Shown here in pieces: positions 10,441 through 17,665 of a stretch of DNA of 64,000 nt. A program made the translations under genes and the position numbers. The notes under the pieces were generated by a model that saw nothing but the letters and a program-made list of their open reading frames with translations, was not told where the DNA came from and ran no database searches. Position 1 is the stretch's first letter. Each line of letters begins with the position of its first letter. This DNA comes from an uncultured Elusimicrobia bacterium (GTDB lineage: Bacteria; Elusimicrobiota; Elusimicrobia; 2-01-FULL-59-12), in the NCBI GenBank assembly GCA_963702895.1, contig OY969767.1:960001-1024000 (forward strand). The letters are read 5' to 3'.

Positions 10441-11714
10441 CCTCCTTTGCCGATCGAGCTCTAGAGCCCGTTTGGGACAAAATTCGGGACGGAAGGCGTT
10501 TGGATCTTGATGATGTCCGCGTGCTCCATGCCACGGCGGATCTTGTCGCGCTGGGCTGGATGGCCAAAAGGGTCAAAGAAGCACGCTACGGCAAGAAGGC
10601 CTTTTACGTTTTAAATCAGAAGCTTGAGCCCACCAATGTTTGTGTTCTTTCCTGCAAGTTTTGTGATTTCGCGACCCGGCGCGGGACTTCGCAGGCCTAC
10701 GAAATGTCGATCGAAGAGATGATTGCCCAATGCGCGGGCGACATCTCGGAGATCCATATCTCCGGCGGGATGCCTCCGGAGTGGAAGCTGGAACATTACC
10801 TGAAGATCGTCCAGGCCTTACGTGCGGCCTATCCCAAGGTCGGTATCAAGGCGTTTACGGCGGTCGAAATCGAATGGGCCGCGCGGATTGCTAAGCAACC
10901 TGTGGAGTCCGTGCTGCGACAACTCAAGGAGGCCGGTCTCACGGCTCTGCCGGGCGGCGGCGCCGAAGTCTTCTCCGAGCGCGTCCGCAAAGAACTCTTC
11001 CCTTTCAAAATCGGTGCCAAGGAATGGCTTGACGTTCACCGGACAGCGCACCGGTTGGGCATCCCATCCAACGCGACGCTGCTCTATGGTCACATTGAGA
11101 CACCTGAAGAACGGTGGGAACATCTGCGATTACTGAGGGATTTGCAGGATGAAAGTTTAAGTAGCCGTCACCCCGGCGGTTGTCAGCCGGGGTCTATCAT
11201 GATGGATCCCCCCCTTACAACCGGGGGGGATGACAGCAAGAACACGGCAGCATTTATGAGTTTTATCCCCCTCGCCTTTCAGCCCGGGACGACCGGCTTG
11301 GCTGTTCAACCTCCCACGGTGCAGGATGACCTGAAGCTCTTGGCGATCGCGCGACTCTATTTGGACAATATCCCGCACATCAAAGCCTATTGGGTGACGC
11401 TCGGTGAAGAGACTGCTTCAACGGGTCTCCATTGGGGCGCCGATGATATCGATGGGACCATTGGCGGTGAGCGCATCATGCACGACGCGGGGGCCACCTC
11501 CCCCACCCAAATGGCACGGGCCAGACTCGAAGAGTTGATCCGGGAGGCGGGATGCGAGCCGGTGGAGCGCGACGCCGTTTACAACACCGTATCGGAGTAC
11601 CGGAGTATCGGAGTATCGGAGTCACGGCATAAGACCGTTATCCAGATGCCTCATCACTCCGATACTGCTGTTACCCCGTTACCCCGACACCCCGTTACCC
11701 CGATACTCTCATGA
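10437..11714 (+). CDS. mqnE: aminofutalosine synthase, radical SAM (CofH-like), with repeat-derived 30-aa insertion and C-terminal tail
   Basis: NVCVLSCKFC, KAFTAVEI, PGGGAEVFSERVR, SNATLLYGHIET, HIKAYWVTLG, GADDIDGT, PVERDAVY; ATGA overlap with ubiD. Confidence 0.9.
   Translation: MTSFADRALEPVWDKIRDGRRLDLDDVRVLHATADLVALGWMAKRVKEARYGKKAFYVLNQKLEPTNVCVLSCKFCDFATRRGTSQAYEMSIEEMIAQCAGDISEIHISGGMPPEWKLEHYLKIVQALRAAYPKVGIKAFTAVEIEWAARIAKQPVESVLRQLKEAGLTALPGGGAEVFSERVRKELFPFKIGAKEWLDVHRTAHRLGIPSNATLLYGHIETPEERWEHLRLLRDLQDESLSSRHPGGCQPGSIMMDPPLTTGGDDSKNTAAFMSFIPLAFQPGTTGLAVQPPTVQDDLKLLAIARLYLDNIPHIKAYWVTLGEETASTGLHWGADDIDGTIGGERIMHDAGATSPTQMARARLEELIREAGCEPVERDAVYNTVSEYRSIGVSESRHKTVIQMPHHSDTAVTPLPRHPVTPILS
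11164..11237. repeat. palindromic element (GTCAYCCC...GGGATGAC family) inside mqnE
   Basis: gccGTCAccccggc-ggttgtca-gccgggg tctatcatgatgga t ccccccc-ttacaacc-ggggggg aTGACagc: two hairpins around a central palindrome. The 3' half closely matches 15305-15348. Confidence 0.85.
11589..11708. repeat. inverted arrays of octamer repeats forming the MqnE C-terminal tail
   Basis: Left arm gtatcgga gtaccgga gtatcgga gtatcgga gtcacggc; right arm ...taccccgt taccccga caccccgt taccccga tactc, approximately its reverse complement. Confidence 0.85.
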
Positions 11715-12463
11715 TTGTAAAGATCGGCTACATCCCCTACCTGAACATGGCCCCCTTTCACCAGGGGTTTGGGCCTCAACCGGCCGAAATCAAGGGTCAG
11801 TATTTTGAATTTCTCTTCATGTCACCGCGCGTGCTGGGTCAGGAAGCAGAAAAAGGAACCATCGATGCCGGAGCGTTTTCTCTGGTGGACGCGATCAGAC
11901 TTTCCGAGACGTATGAGCCTTTGGGATCCTTCGGGATCGGCCTCAAGCGTCTTGCTTTAAGTGTTCTTCTTTTCTCGAAAAAGCCCATCTCTGAACTTGA
12001 GGGTCATTGCTCGGTCACGGACGAAACAGCGACCTCTTTGAGGCTCCTGCAGATGCTTCTTGAGCTCCGATATGGCCGCACAGGCATCGAGTACGGTCGA
12101 ATCGCTTCCCGTATGCTCTTGGATAGGGAATCCGATGCGCTCCTCCTCATTGGCGATGAGGCGCTCAAAGCGAGAAAGGAAGGCGTTTCCGGTCTACCTC
12201 ATATCACGGACTTGGGTGAAGAGTGGTACAGCTGGCAGGGACTCCCCTTTGTTTTTGCGCGCTGGATGGTCAAGAAAACACTCGACAAGAGAATTAAATT
12301 GTTGCTTATGCGATCTATCCAAAACTCATTATCTTCAAATAAAATCGGTAGTAGCGAACAGCTGGCTTATTGGCATGGTTTTGATTATCGCCTGAAGCCT
12401 CTGCATGAGCGTTCGATCCAGCGATTTACGGCTCTTTTGGAGAAGGTATGCTTGAGCGTATAG
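11711..12463 (+). CDS. mqnA: chorismate dehydratase
   Basis: IGYIPYLNMAPF, SVLLFS, TATS, LLLIGDEAL, DLGEEW...GLPFVFARW. Confidence 0.88.
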   Translation: MIVKIGYIPYLNMAPFHQGFGPQPAEIKGQYFEFLFMSPRVLGQEAEKGTIDAGAFSLVDAIRLSETYEPLGSFGIGLKRLALSVLLFSKKPISELEGHCSVTDETATSLRLLQMLLELRYGRTGIEYGRIASRMLLDRESDALLLIGDEALKARKEGVSGLPHITDLGEEWYSWQGLPFVFARWMVKKTLDKRIKLLLMRSIQNSLSSNKIGSSEQLAYWHGFDYRLKPLHERSIQRFTALLEKVCLSV

Positions 12464-13593
12464 CCAAGAAGGTTGACGCCGGAGATCGTCTGAGCTCCGA
12501 AGAAGGCTTGTACCTCTTACAGGACGCGGATTTGATGGATGTGGGTTTACTCGCCCAGAAAGTCCGCAGCCGAATGCACCCCGGCGGCCAAGTCACCTTT
12601 GTGGTGGATTCCAACCCCAACTACACCAATGTCTGCGTCGCGGATTGTCTCTTTTGCGCCTTTTACCGCCGACCTGGGGACAAAGAAGCCTATACCTTAT
12701 CGGTCGACCAGGTCATGCAGAAGATCCAATCGGCCTCGGATCAGGGGGCCACAACCATTCTATTGCAGGGAGGGCTTCATCCCGATCTGCCCCTGGAGTA
12801 CTACACCAGCCTCGTTCGGGAAACCCGTCGCCGTTTTCCCCACATCACCCCCCATTTCTTTACGGCCAGTGAAGTCCTCATGATGGCTGAAGTGTCTGGC
12901 AAGACCATGACAGGTGTTCTGGAAGCTCTTCGGGATGCCGGGCAATTTTCTCTGCCTGGCGGCGGTGCGGAAGTCCTTTCGGAATATGTGCGAAAGCGCC
13001 TCTCTCCCAAGAAGAACCCCGACGACGGCTGGATCAAAGTTCACCGCGAAGCCCACCGGCTAGGTTTTAAGTCTACGGCCACCATGATGTACGGCCATGT
13101 GGACCGGCCGGAGGATTGGCTGGAACACTTGGGTCGTGTCCGAGACCTGCAAGATGAGACAGGCGGCTTTACAGCTTTTATTCCCTGGAGTTTTAAGCCG
13201 GGCCACACGGCGCTCGAAAAGAAAATCCCGCGCGGCCAGGGGCCTTCCACCTATTTAAGGATGCTGGCGGCCTCTCGTCTCTATCTGGACAATATCCCGC
13301 ACATTCAGGCCTCTTGGTTTTCCGAAGGCAAAAAGGTGGGAGCGCTTGCGCTCCATTTTGGAGCCGATGACTTTGGCGGGACGCTCATCGATGAAAACGT
13401 CCACAAAGCGACGGGGCATGTCCATACGACCACGATCGACGATACAATTCAGATGATTCGCAAGGCTGGTTTTATTCCTGTCCAGCGCACGACGCTCTAT
13501 GAGGTCTTAAAAGTTCATGGTCTAGATGTCATCCCGGCGAAAGCTGGCCCTCCAAACTCCCGGCGGGGTGAGAGCTTGTTAGCGGCACAATGA
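12448..13593 (+). CDS. mqnC: cyclic dehypoxanthine futalosine synthase, radical SAM
   Basis: VTFVVDSNPNYTNVCVADCLFCAFYR, LLQGGLHP, STATMMYGH, QDETGGFTAFIPW, IQASW, GADDFGGTLIDENV. Confidence 0.92.
   Translation: MLERIAKKVDAGDRLSSEEGLYLLQDADLMDVGLLAQKVRSRMHPGGQVTFVVDSNPNYTNVCVADCLFCAFYRRPGDKEAYTLSVDQVMQKIQSASDQGATTILLQGGLHPDLPLEYYTSLVRETRRRFPHITPHFFTASEVLMMAEVSGKTMTGVLEALRDAGQFSLPGGGAEVLSEYVRKRLSPKKNPDDGWIKVHREAHRLGFKSTATMMYGHVDRPEDWLEHLGRVRDLQDETGGFTAFIPWSFKPGHTALEKKIPRGQGPSTYLRMLAASRLYLDNIPHIQASWFSEGKKVGALALHFGADDFGGTLIDENVHKATGHVHTTTIDDTIQMIRKAGFIPVQRTTLYEVLKVHGLDVIPAKAGPPNSRRGESLLAAQ
13526..13567. repeat. truncated palindromic element encoding MqnC C-terminal VIPAKAGPPNSRR
   Basis: 38/42 nt identical to 15193-15234 (atgtcatcccggcgaaagcYggccctcca...ccggcggg). 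Confidence 0.85.
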
Positions 13594-13880
13594 AGACCAC
13601 AAAGTCTCCGTATCAAAGGATGATTTTTGTCTGCATGAACGCTTCCCATGAAGGTGAGCAACGGCCTGTGTGCGCTTCGGCTTCTTCGGAAGCGGTGCTC
13701 AAGACGCTCAAGGAAGAAATCAAAAAACGTGGCCTCCAAGGAAAAGTTCGGGCCTTGAAGTCGGGCTGCCTTGACCTCTGTGAAAAAGGCCCGAATCTTA
13801 TCGTTTACCCGGAAGGAACCCTGCACACCGGCGTAAGCTCTCAAAATATTCCCCAGCTGATTGAAGACTACTTGAAATAG
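13590..13880 (+). CDS. thioredoxin-like [2Fe-2S] ferredoxin
   Basis: IFVC.N...C...SGCLDLCEKGPNLIVYPEG; ATGA overlap with mqnC. Confidence 0.88.
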   Translation: MKTTKSPYQRMIFVCMNASHEGEQRPVCASASSEAVLKTLKEEIKKRGLQGKVRALKSGCLDLCEKGPNLIVYPEGTLHTGVSSQNIPQLIEDYLK

Positions 13881-13959
13881 CATCTGGCCGGGATAAGATT
13901 CTCGCTCGATATTTCTGTTTTGAACATCTATATATGGGCATGCCTCACGAGGGATATGA

Positions 13960-14452
13960 GTGAACGTCAAGCTACGCCAGGCCGATGTCTTGCTGATCAA
14001 TCCTCCCTGGTTGAGCAAAGACCAGAACATTTGGCATGGCATCAAGGGAGCGATGCCTTCGCTGGGGCTGCTCTCGATGGCGGCCTACCTCGAAGAGCAG
14101 GGTGTTTCCATCCAGTTGCTCGACATCCACGCCGTAAAGATCTCCACTGCTGAAACCAAGGAAGTCATCCGGCAAGTCCAACCCAAGGAGGCCGATCTCG
14201 ATCTGGCGACGTCTCAAGGCGATCACGAGCCTCAGCCAGATCGTGGATCTCTTCCACGCCTTCACGTTCATTCTTTTGCGGCACAAAATGGGCGTGCGCG
14301 ACATCGTCCGCAAGGATTGGACCGTCGCTAAAAAAGAAGATTTCTTCGATTATAAACTCGGGGAAGACGTGGAAATGCGCTTAACCTATCAGCTGCATTA
14401 CGAGTCTCTGCAGGGCCATCCGATCCAGAAAAAATCCGACCCAGCTGTTTGA
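13960..14452 (+). pseudogene. B12-binding radical SAM gene with its catalytic core deleted
   Basis: N-terminal B12-binding start (DVLLINPPW...PSLGLLSMAAYLE...QVQPK) is joined out of frame near 14188 to a typical C-terminus (RPISIWRRLKAITSLSQIVDL...). No CxxxCxxC motif. Confidence 0.8.
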
Positions 14453-14469
14453 CCCAAACTCTTCTGTTG

Positions 14470-14596
14470 CCGTCACCCCGACGAAAGTCGTCCGCCAGAC
14501 GTCTGGCGGACTGTCCCTTCCTATAACCTATAAGGACGGGGACGGGGCCCAGTCCATCGACAATTTTCTGGATCCCGGCTTTCGCCGGGATGACGG
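14470..14596. repeat. intergenic palindromic element with nested hairpins between convergent genes
   Basis: ccgtcaccccgacgaaagtcg [tccgccagacgtctggcgga, perfect 20-nt palindrome] [gtcccttcctata...tataaggacggggac] ggcccag...ctggatcccggctttcgccgggatgacgg. Confidence 0.85.
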
Positions 14597-14651
14597 ACTA
14601 TAAAGTGCGCTATGCACAGACGATAGAATAAACTCAAGTGAAGATGACCAG

Positions 14652-15725
14652 CTAAATAAAACGAACGGCGGGAGGCTGGGGTATCAGTCCCCTTTGGTGA
14701 GCCAGGGCGTAGAGCGTCTTGAGACCTTCCTGGACATCCTGACCCTGGTTGAGCGTATCGTCGTTGACGTACATGCCGACAAAGCGTTGGGCGAGGTCCG
14801 TGTCGAGCCCCCGGCCAAATCTTAAGGCGTAGGCGATGGCCTCCTCCCGGTGGGTGTTCGCGTATTCAATGCTCGCCCGAAGCGCCACGCTGATTTCTTT
14901 GGCAAGCGAAAGGCCCAGATCAGAACGCACGACGTCGAGCCCCAGAGGAAGCGGCAGTCCCGTCTTCTGGTGCCACCACTGGCCCGCGTCCCAAAGCTTA
15001 TGGAGTCCCTGCTGGTGATAGGTCAGCTGGCCTTCGTGAATGATGAGCCCGGCGTCGACGACGCCTTTTTCCACCGCCTCCAGGATCCGGTCAAAGGGCA
15101 TCACGACACGCTCCACACGCCGTCCTTCTTCCGCCAGCCACAGGTCAAGAACGAGCGCGGCGGTGGTCCATTTTCCCGGAATGGCGATTCTCATGTCATC
15201 CCGGCGAAAGCCGGCCCTCCACACATCCGGCGGGCCGAGCGCCACGCACCAGACGCTCTCCGCCTGTCGTGTGGCGGAGGGTCGCCGGTCTTGTGGAGAC
15301 CCGGGATCCATCTTGATGGATCCCCCGCTTACGGCCGCGGGGGATGACGCCTTCTTATGGCCATTCGTCACTAAGATCGGCCCGTATCTCCTCCCCACGC
15401 TCGCACCGCAAGAGAGCACCCAGTAGCGGTCTGTCAAATGCGCGTAAGCGTGAGCGCTCACGGCTGTAATTTCAAATTCACCCTTCAAGGCATGTTCGTT
15501 CAAGGACTGAATATCTTCCAAATGATGCTTGATCACGTGTCCGGGTATCGTGACAGCGCCCGTCGCGAAGCCGTAAAACATGTAGGCATCGTCTGGATCA
15601 GGGCTGTGCGCGAACGTCAACAAGCGTCCGACGTGCGACGTGCGACGTCGGACGTAGGACCCGCCACACGGCTGGCGGGCGCCTGTTGTGTGGCGCCTTG
15701 GACGTCGGACGGCCATTTTGTTCAC
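14652..15725 (-). CDS. mqnD: 1,4-dihydroxy-6-naphthoate synthase with large repeat-derived insertion
   Basis: AHSPDPDDAYMFYG, DIQSLNE, GASVGRRYGPILV, IAIPGKWTTA, GLIIHEGQLTY, TGLPLPLG, FVGMYVN. Start is uncertain (GTG 15725, ATG 15716 or TTG 15623). Confidence 0.9.
   Translation of the reverse strand: MNKMAVRRPRRHTTGARQPCGGSYVRRRTSHVGRLLTFAHSPDPDDAYMFYGFATGAVTIPGHVIKHHLEDIQSLNEHALKGEFEITAVSAHAYAHLTDRYWVLSCGASVGRRYGPILVTNGHKKASSPAAVSGGSIKMDPGSPQDRRPSATRQAESVWCVALGPPDVWRAGFRRDDMRIAIPGKWTTAALVLDLWLAEEGRRVERVVMPFDRILEAVEKGVVDAGLIIHEGQLTYHQQGLHKLWDAGQWWHQKTGLPLPLGLDVVRSDLGLSLAKEISVALRASIEYANTHREEAIAYALRFGRGLDTDLAQRFVGMYVNDDTLNQGQDVQEGLKTLYALAHQRGLIPQPPAVRFI
15195..15348. repeat. palindromic element with nested hairpin inserts, in frame inside mqnD
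   Basis: gtcatcccggcgaaagccgg [ctccacacatccggcg ... ctccgcc-N8-ggcggag ... cgccggtcttgtggag] ccgggatccatcttgatggatcccccgcttacggccgcgggggatgac. Confidence 0.88.
15625..15712. repeat. heptamer (cgtccga/cgtgcga/cgtcgga) repeat element with embedded CCCGCC-N8-GGCGGG hairpin at the mqnD 5' end
   Basis: Tandem 7-mers; 15657-15704 (minus) is 40/48 identical to 31187-31234 (plus). Confidence 0.8.
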
Positions 15726-16414
15726 CAATTCTCCCTCCGGATTCGTGAAGCGGATACGCCCAAGCGGTCCAGCGTATGTTCCATATCTTTCACGAATTCA
15801 CTGGACCCACACAAATAAAACGTGCCTTCCAACATTTTCAAGTGTTTGCGCAATAAAATCTCGCCGATGCGGCCCGTTTCGCCCTCGATATCAAGATCCG
15901 TGGTTCGCGTAAACGTCGGAACATAATGAAACGTTGGGTTTTGGGTCCAGGCAAGAAATTGATCTTTGAAGATGAGATCCATCGGTGTTTTCACGCTATG
16001 AAACACCCACGATTCTGTTGCGGGGCTGGTGTCCAGGATATATTTGACCATGGCTCTGAAGGGGGTCACACCGCTGCCGCCGGCGAGGAAATAATAAGGG
16101 CCCTTGAGGACGTTCGGGAGCGCAAACGCCCCCAAGGGACCCGCGATTTCGACAGGGGATCCCTTCTTTAAGCGAAACAAGCTCTCATAGACGGCCGTGT
16201 CTTGGCCGGCCTTGATCGTGATGTCGAGATGGCCCTTTTCCGTAGGAGAGGAGGAAATGGAGTAAAACCTTTTCTTCGTGTCTCCTGGGATCTGAAGCGA
16301 AAGTGCTTGTCCTGCCTTAAAAGGGAAATAGGCACCCAAGCGGAAGGTCTGAATATCAGGTGTCTCCGGGAGAATATCAACGATGGGGACGGACAACACT
16401 ACTGACTTTGACAC
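15722..16414 (-). CDS. FNR-like FAD/NAD(P)-binding oxidoreductase
   Basis: FKAGQ, RFYSISSSP, GPLGAF, LAGGSGVTPF, YLCG; its stop overlaps the possible mqnD GTG start. Confidence 0.88.
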   Translation of the reverse strand: MSKSVVLSVPIVDILPETPDIQTFRLGAYFPFKAGQALSLQIPGDTKKRFYSISSSPTEKGHLDITIKAGQDTAVYESLFRLKKGSPVEIAGPLGAFALPNVLKGPYYFLAGGSGVTPFRAMVKYILDTSPATESWVFHSVKTPMDLIFKDQFLAWTQNPTFHYVPTFTRTTDLDIEGETGRIGEILLRKHLKMLEGTFYLCGSSEFVKDMEHTLDRLGVSASRIRRENW

Positions 16415-16501
16415 AAGACCACTCCGACCCCAAGAGGGATCAAGGCGCGCGCGCGGGGTGTTGGGGGTGGTACAGCGGCTCTCATGGCGAGAATTATACC
16501 T

Positions 16502-16804
16502 TTACGACAAAGGGGCCAGGGGTTGGCTATTGAAGCAGATCCCGTACTCAAAACCTTTCGATTTCTTCTTCGCCCAAACCACCCTTCCCGCTAAATCGAG
16601 AACGGGCTTGTCAGAAGGGACAAGTTGGAACCGGATGGCGCTTTTCGGCTTAAAGGGTTTTCGGCTGACCATGCGGGCGCCGAGCACGGAGAAATCAACA
16701 CATCTTGCTTCGGCCACGATCGCGTGGCCCTTGGCGTCATAGATATCGCAGGGGACCCGTGACGGGCTGCGTGGGGCCCTTCGTCGTTCATTGGTGACCT
16801 GCAT
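16502..16804 (-). CDS. stand-alone PilZ domain protein
   Basis: RRRAPR (RxxxR), DFSVLG (DxSxxG), GRVVW, YGICF. Confidence 0.88.
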   Translation of the reverse strand: MQVTNERRRAPRSPSRVPCDIYDAKGHAIVAEARCVDFSVLGARMVSRKPFKPKSAIRFQLVPSDKPVLDLAGRVVWAKKKSKGFEYGICFNSQPLAPLS

Positions 16805-16882
16805 GCCTATATTCTATCCCATTTCATCCGTAAAGAGTATGGAGCAGGAGGGCAATTGATGATGGGCCATTAGGCCTAGGAT

Positions 16883-17665
16883 TCATTGGGAGGTGGGTTT
16901 GGCGGGAAATTCGCCTTTGAGCGCTTTCCAGCAGATGTCCACAAACTCCTGCGGGAACTTTCCGTCGGAAATGACCCATTCGACATAGTGGCGCTCTTTT
17001 TTAACGAGGTCTTTGAGGAGAACGCCCTTGTGTTTGCCGAAATTGATGGCAGCCTCGCCGTCTTTCCAGATCATCTTGCGACTGGAATCAACATAGCGCT
17101 CATCTTGCTTATGACAGTATTCGTGCAGGCTTTGGGTGTCCTGAGGGAGGTCCGGGTAATGCTGGAGTTGGGCGAGAAGCACCTCTTCGCTCGCCAGAGC
17201 ATCGGCTTTGGCGCCATGCGCTCCGACCAGAGTCTTTTGGCAGTAAAACTGATACGCAGCGGTCAGGTCCCTGGGCTCTTTGCGATGAAAGATGGTCAGC
17301 CCGTCCAAGATCGCCGGTTCTCCCTTGGGGAAAGGAAAGCCGCAGCGCTTAAATTCTTCAACCAAAATCGGGATGTCGAAGCGGCTGATGCCGAAGCCTG
17401 CGAAGTCGCAGCCGTCCATGAAATCCAGAAGCGAGATCGCGACCTCCTTAAAGGGCGGGGCCTGGGCGATGTCTTCGTTCGTGATACCGTGCACGGCGAT
17501 CACTTCCGCGCTGATGCGAACGCCAGGGTTGATTCTCAGGATCTTCTCTTCGCGCCGGCCATCCGGATGGGTTTTGATCAGGGCGAGCTCGACGACCTTG
17601 TCCCGCGTGGCGTCGGCGCCGGTGGCTTCAATATCCAGAAAGATGAGAGGGCGCGTGAACTTCAC
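16883..17665 (-). CDS. DnaQ-like DEDDh 3'-5' exonuclease
   Basis: FLDIEATG, VHGITNE, RFDIPIL, AHGAKADA, C-terminal NFGKHKG. Confidence 0.9.
   Translation of the reverse strand: MKFTRPLIFLDIEATGADATRDKVVELALIKTHPDGRREEKILRINPGVRISAEVIAVHGITNEDIAQAPPFKEVAISLLDFMDGCDFAGFGISRFDIPILVEEFKRCGFPFPKGEPAILDGLTIFHRKEPRDLTAAYQFYCQKTLVGAHGAKADALASEEVLLAQLQHYPDLPQDTQSLHEYCHKQDERYVDSSRKMIWKDGEAAINFGKHKGVLLKDLVKKERHYVEWVISDGKFPQEFVDICWKALKGEFPAKPTSQ

Noticed and set aside
11154..15348. Inteins or introns as the source of the MqnE and MqnD insertions
   Set aside because: At 30-50 aa they are far too short, lack intein terminal motifs, and are explained by DNA palindromes that also occur intergenically.
11589..15712. 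CRISPR array or tRNA genes among the repeats
   Set aside because: No constant repeats with unique spacers, no cas genes, and no tRNA T-loop or CCA pattern.
7261..15725. Absence of mqnB as evidence for a novel pathway variant
   Set aside because: mqnB/MTAN is commonly unlinked from the other mqn genes, so its absence from one window is uninformative.
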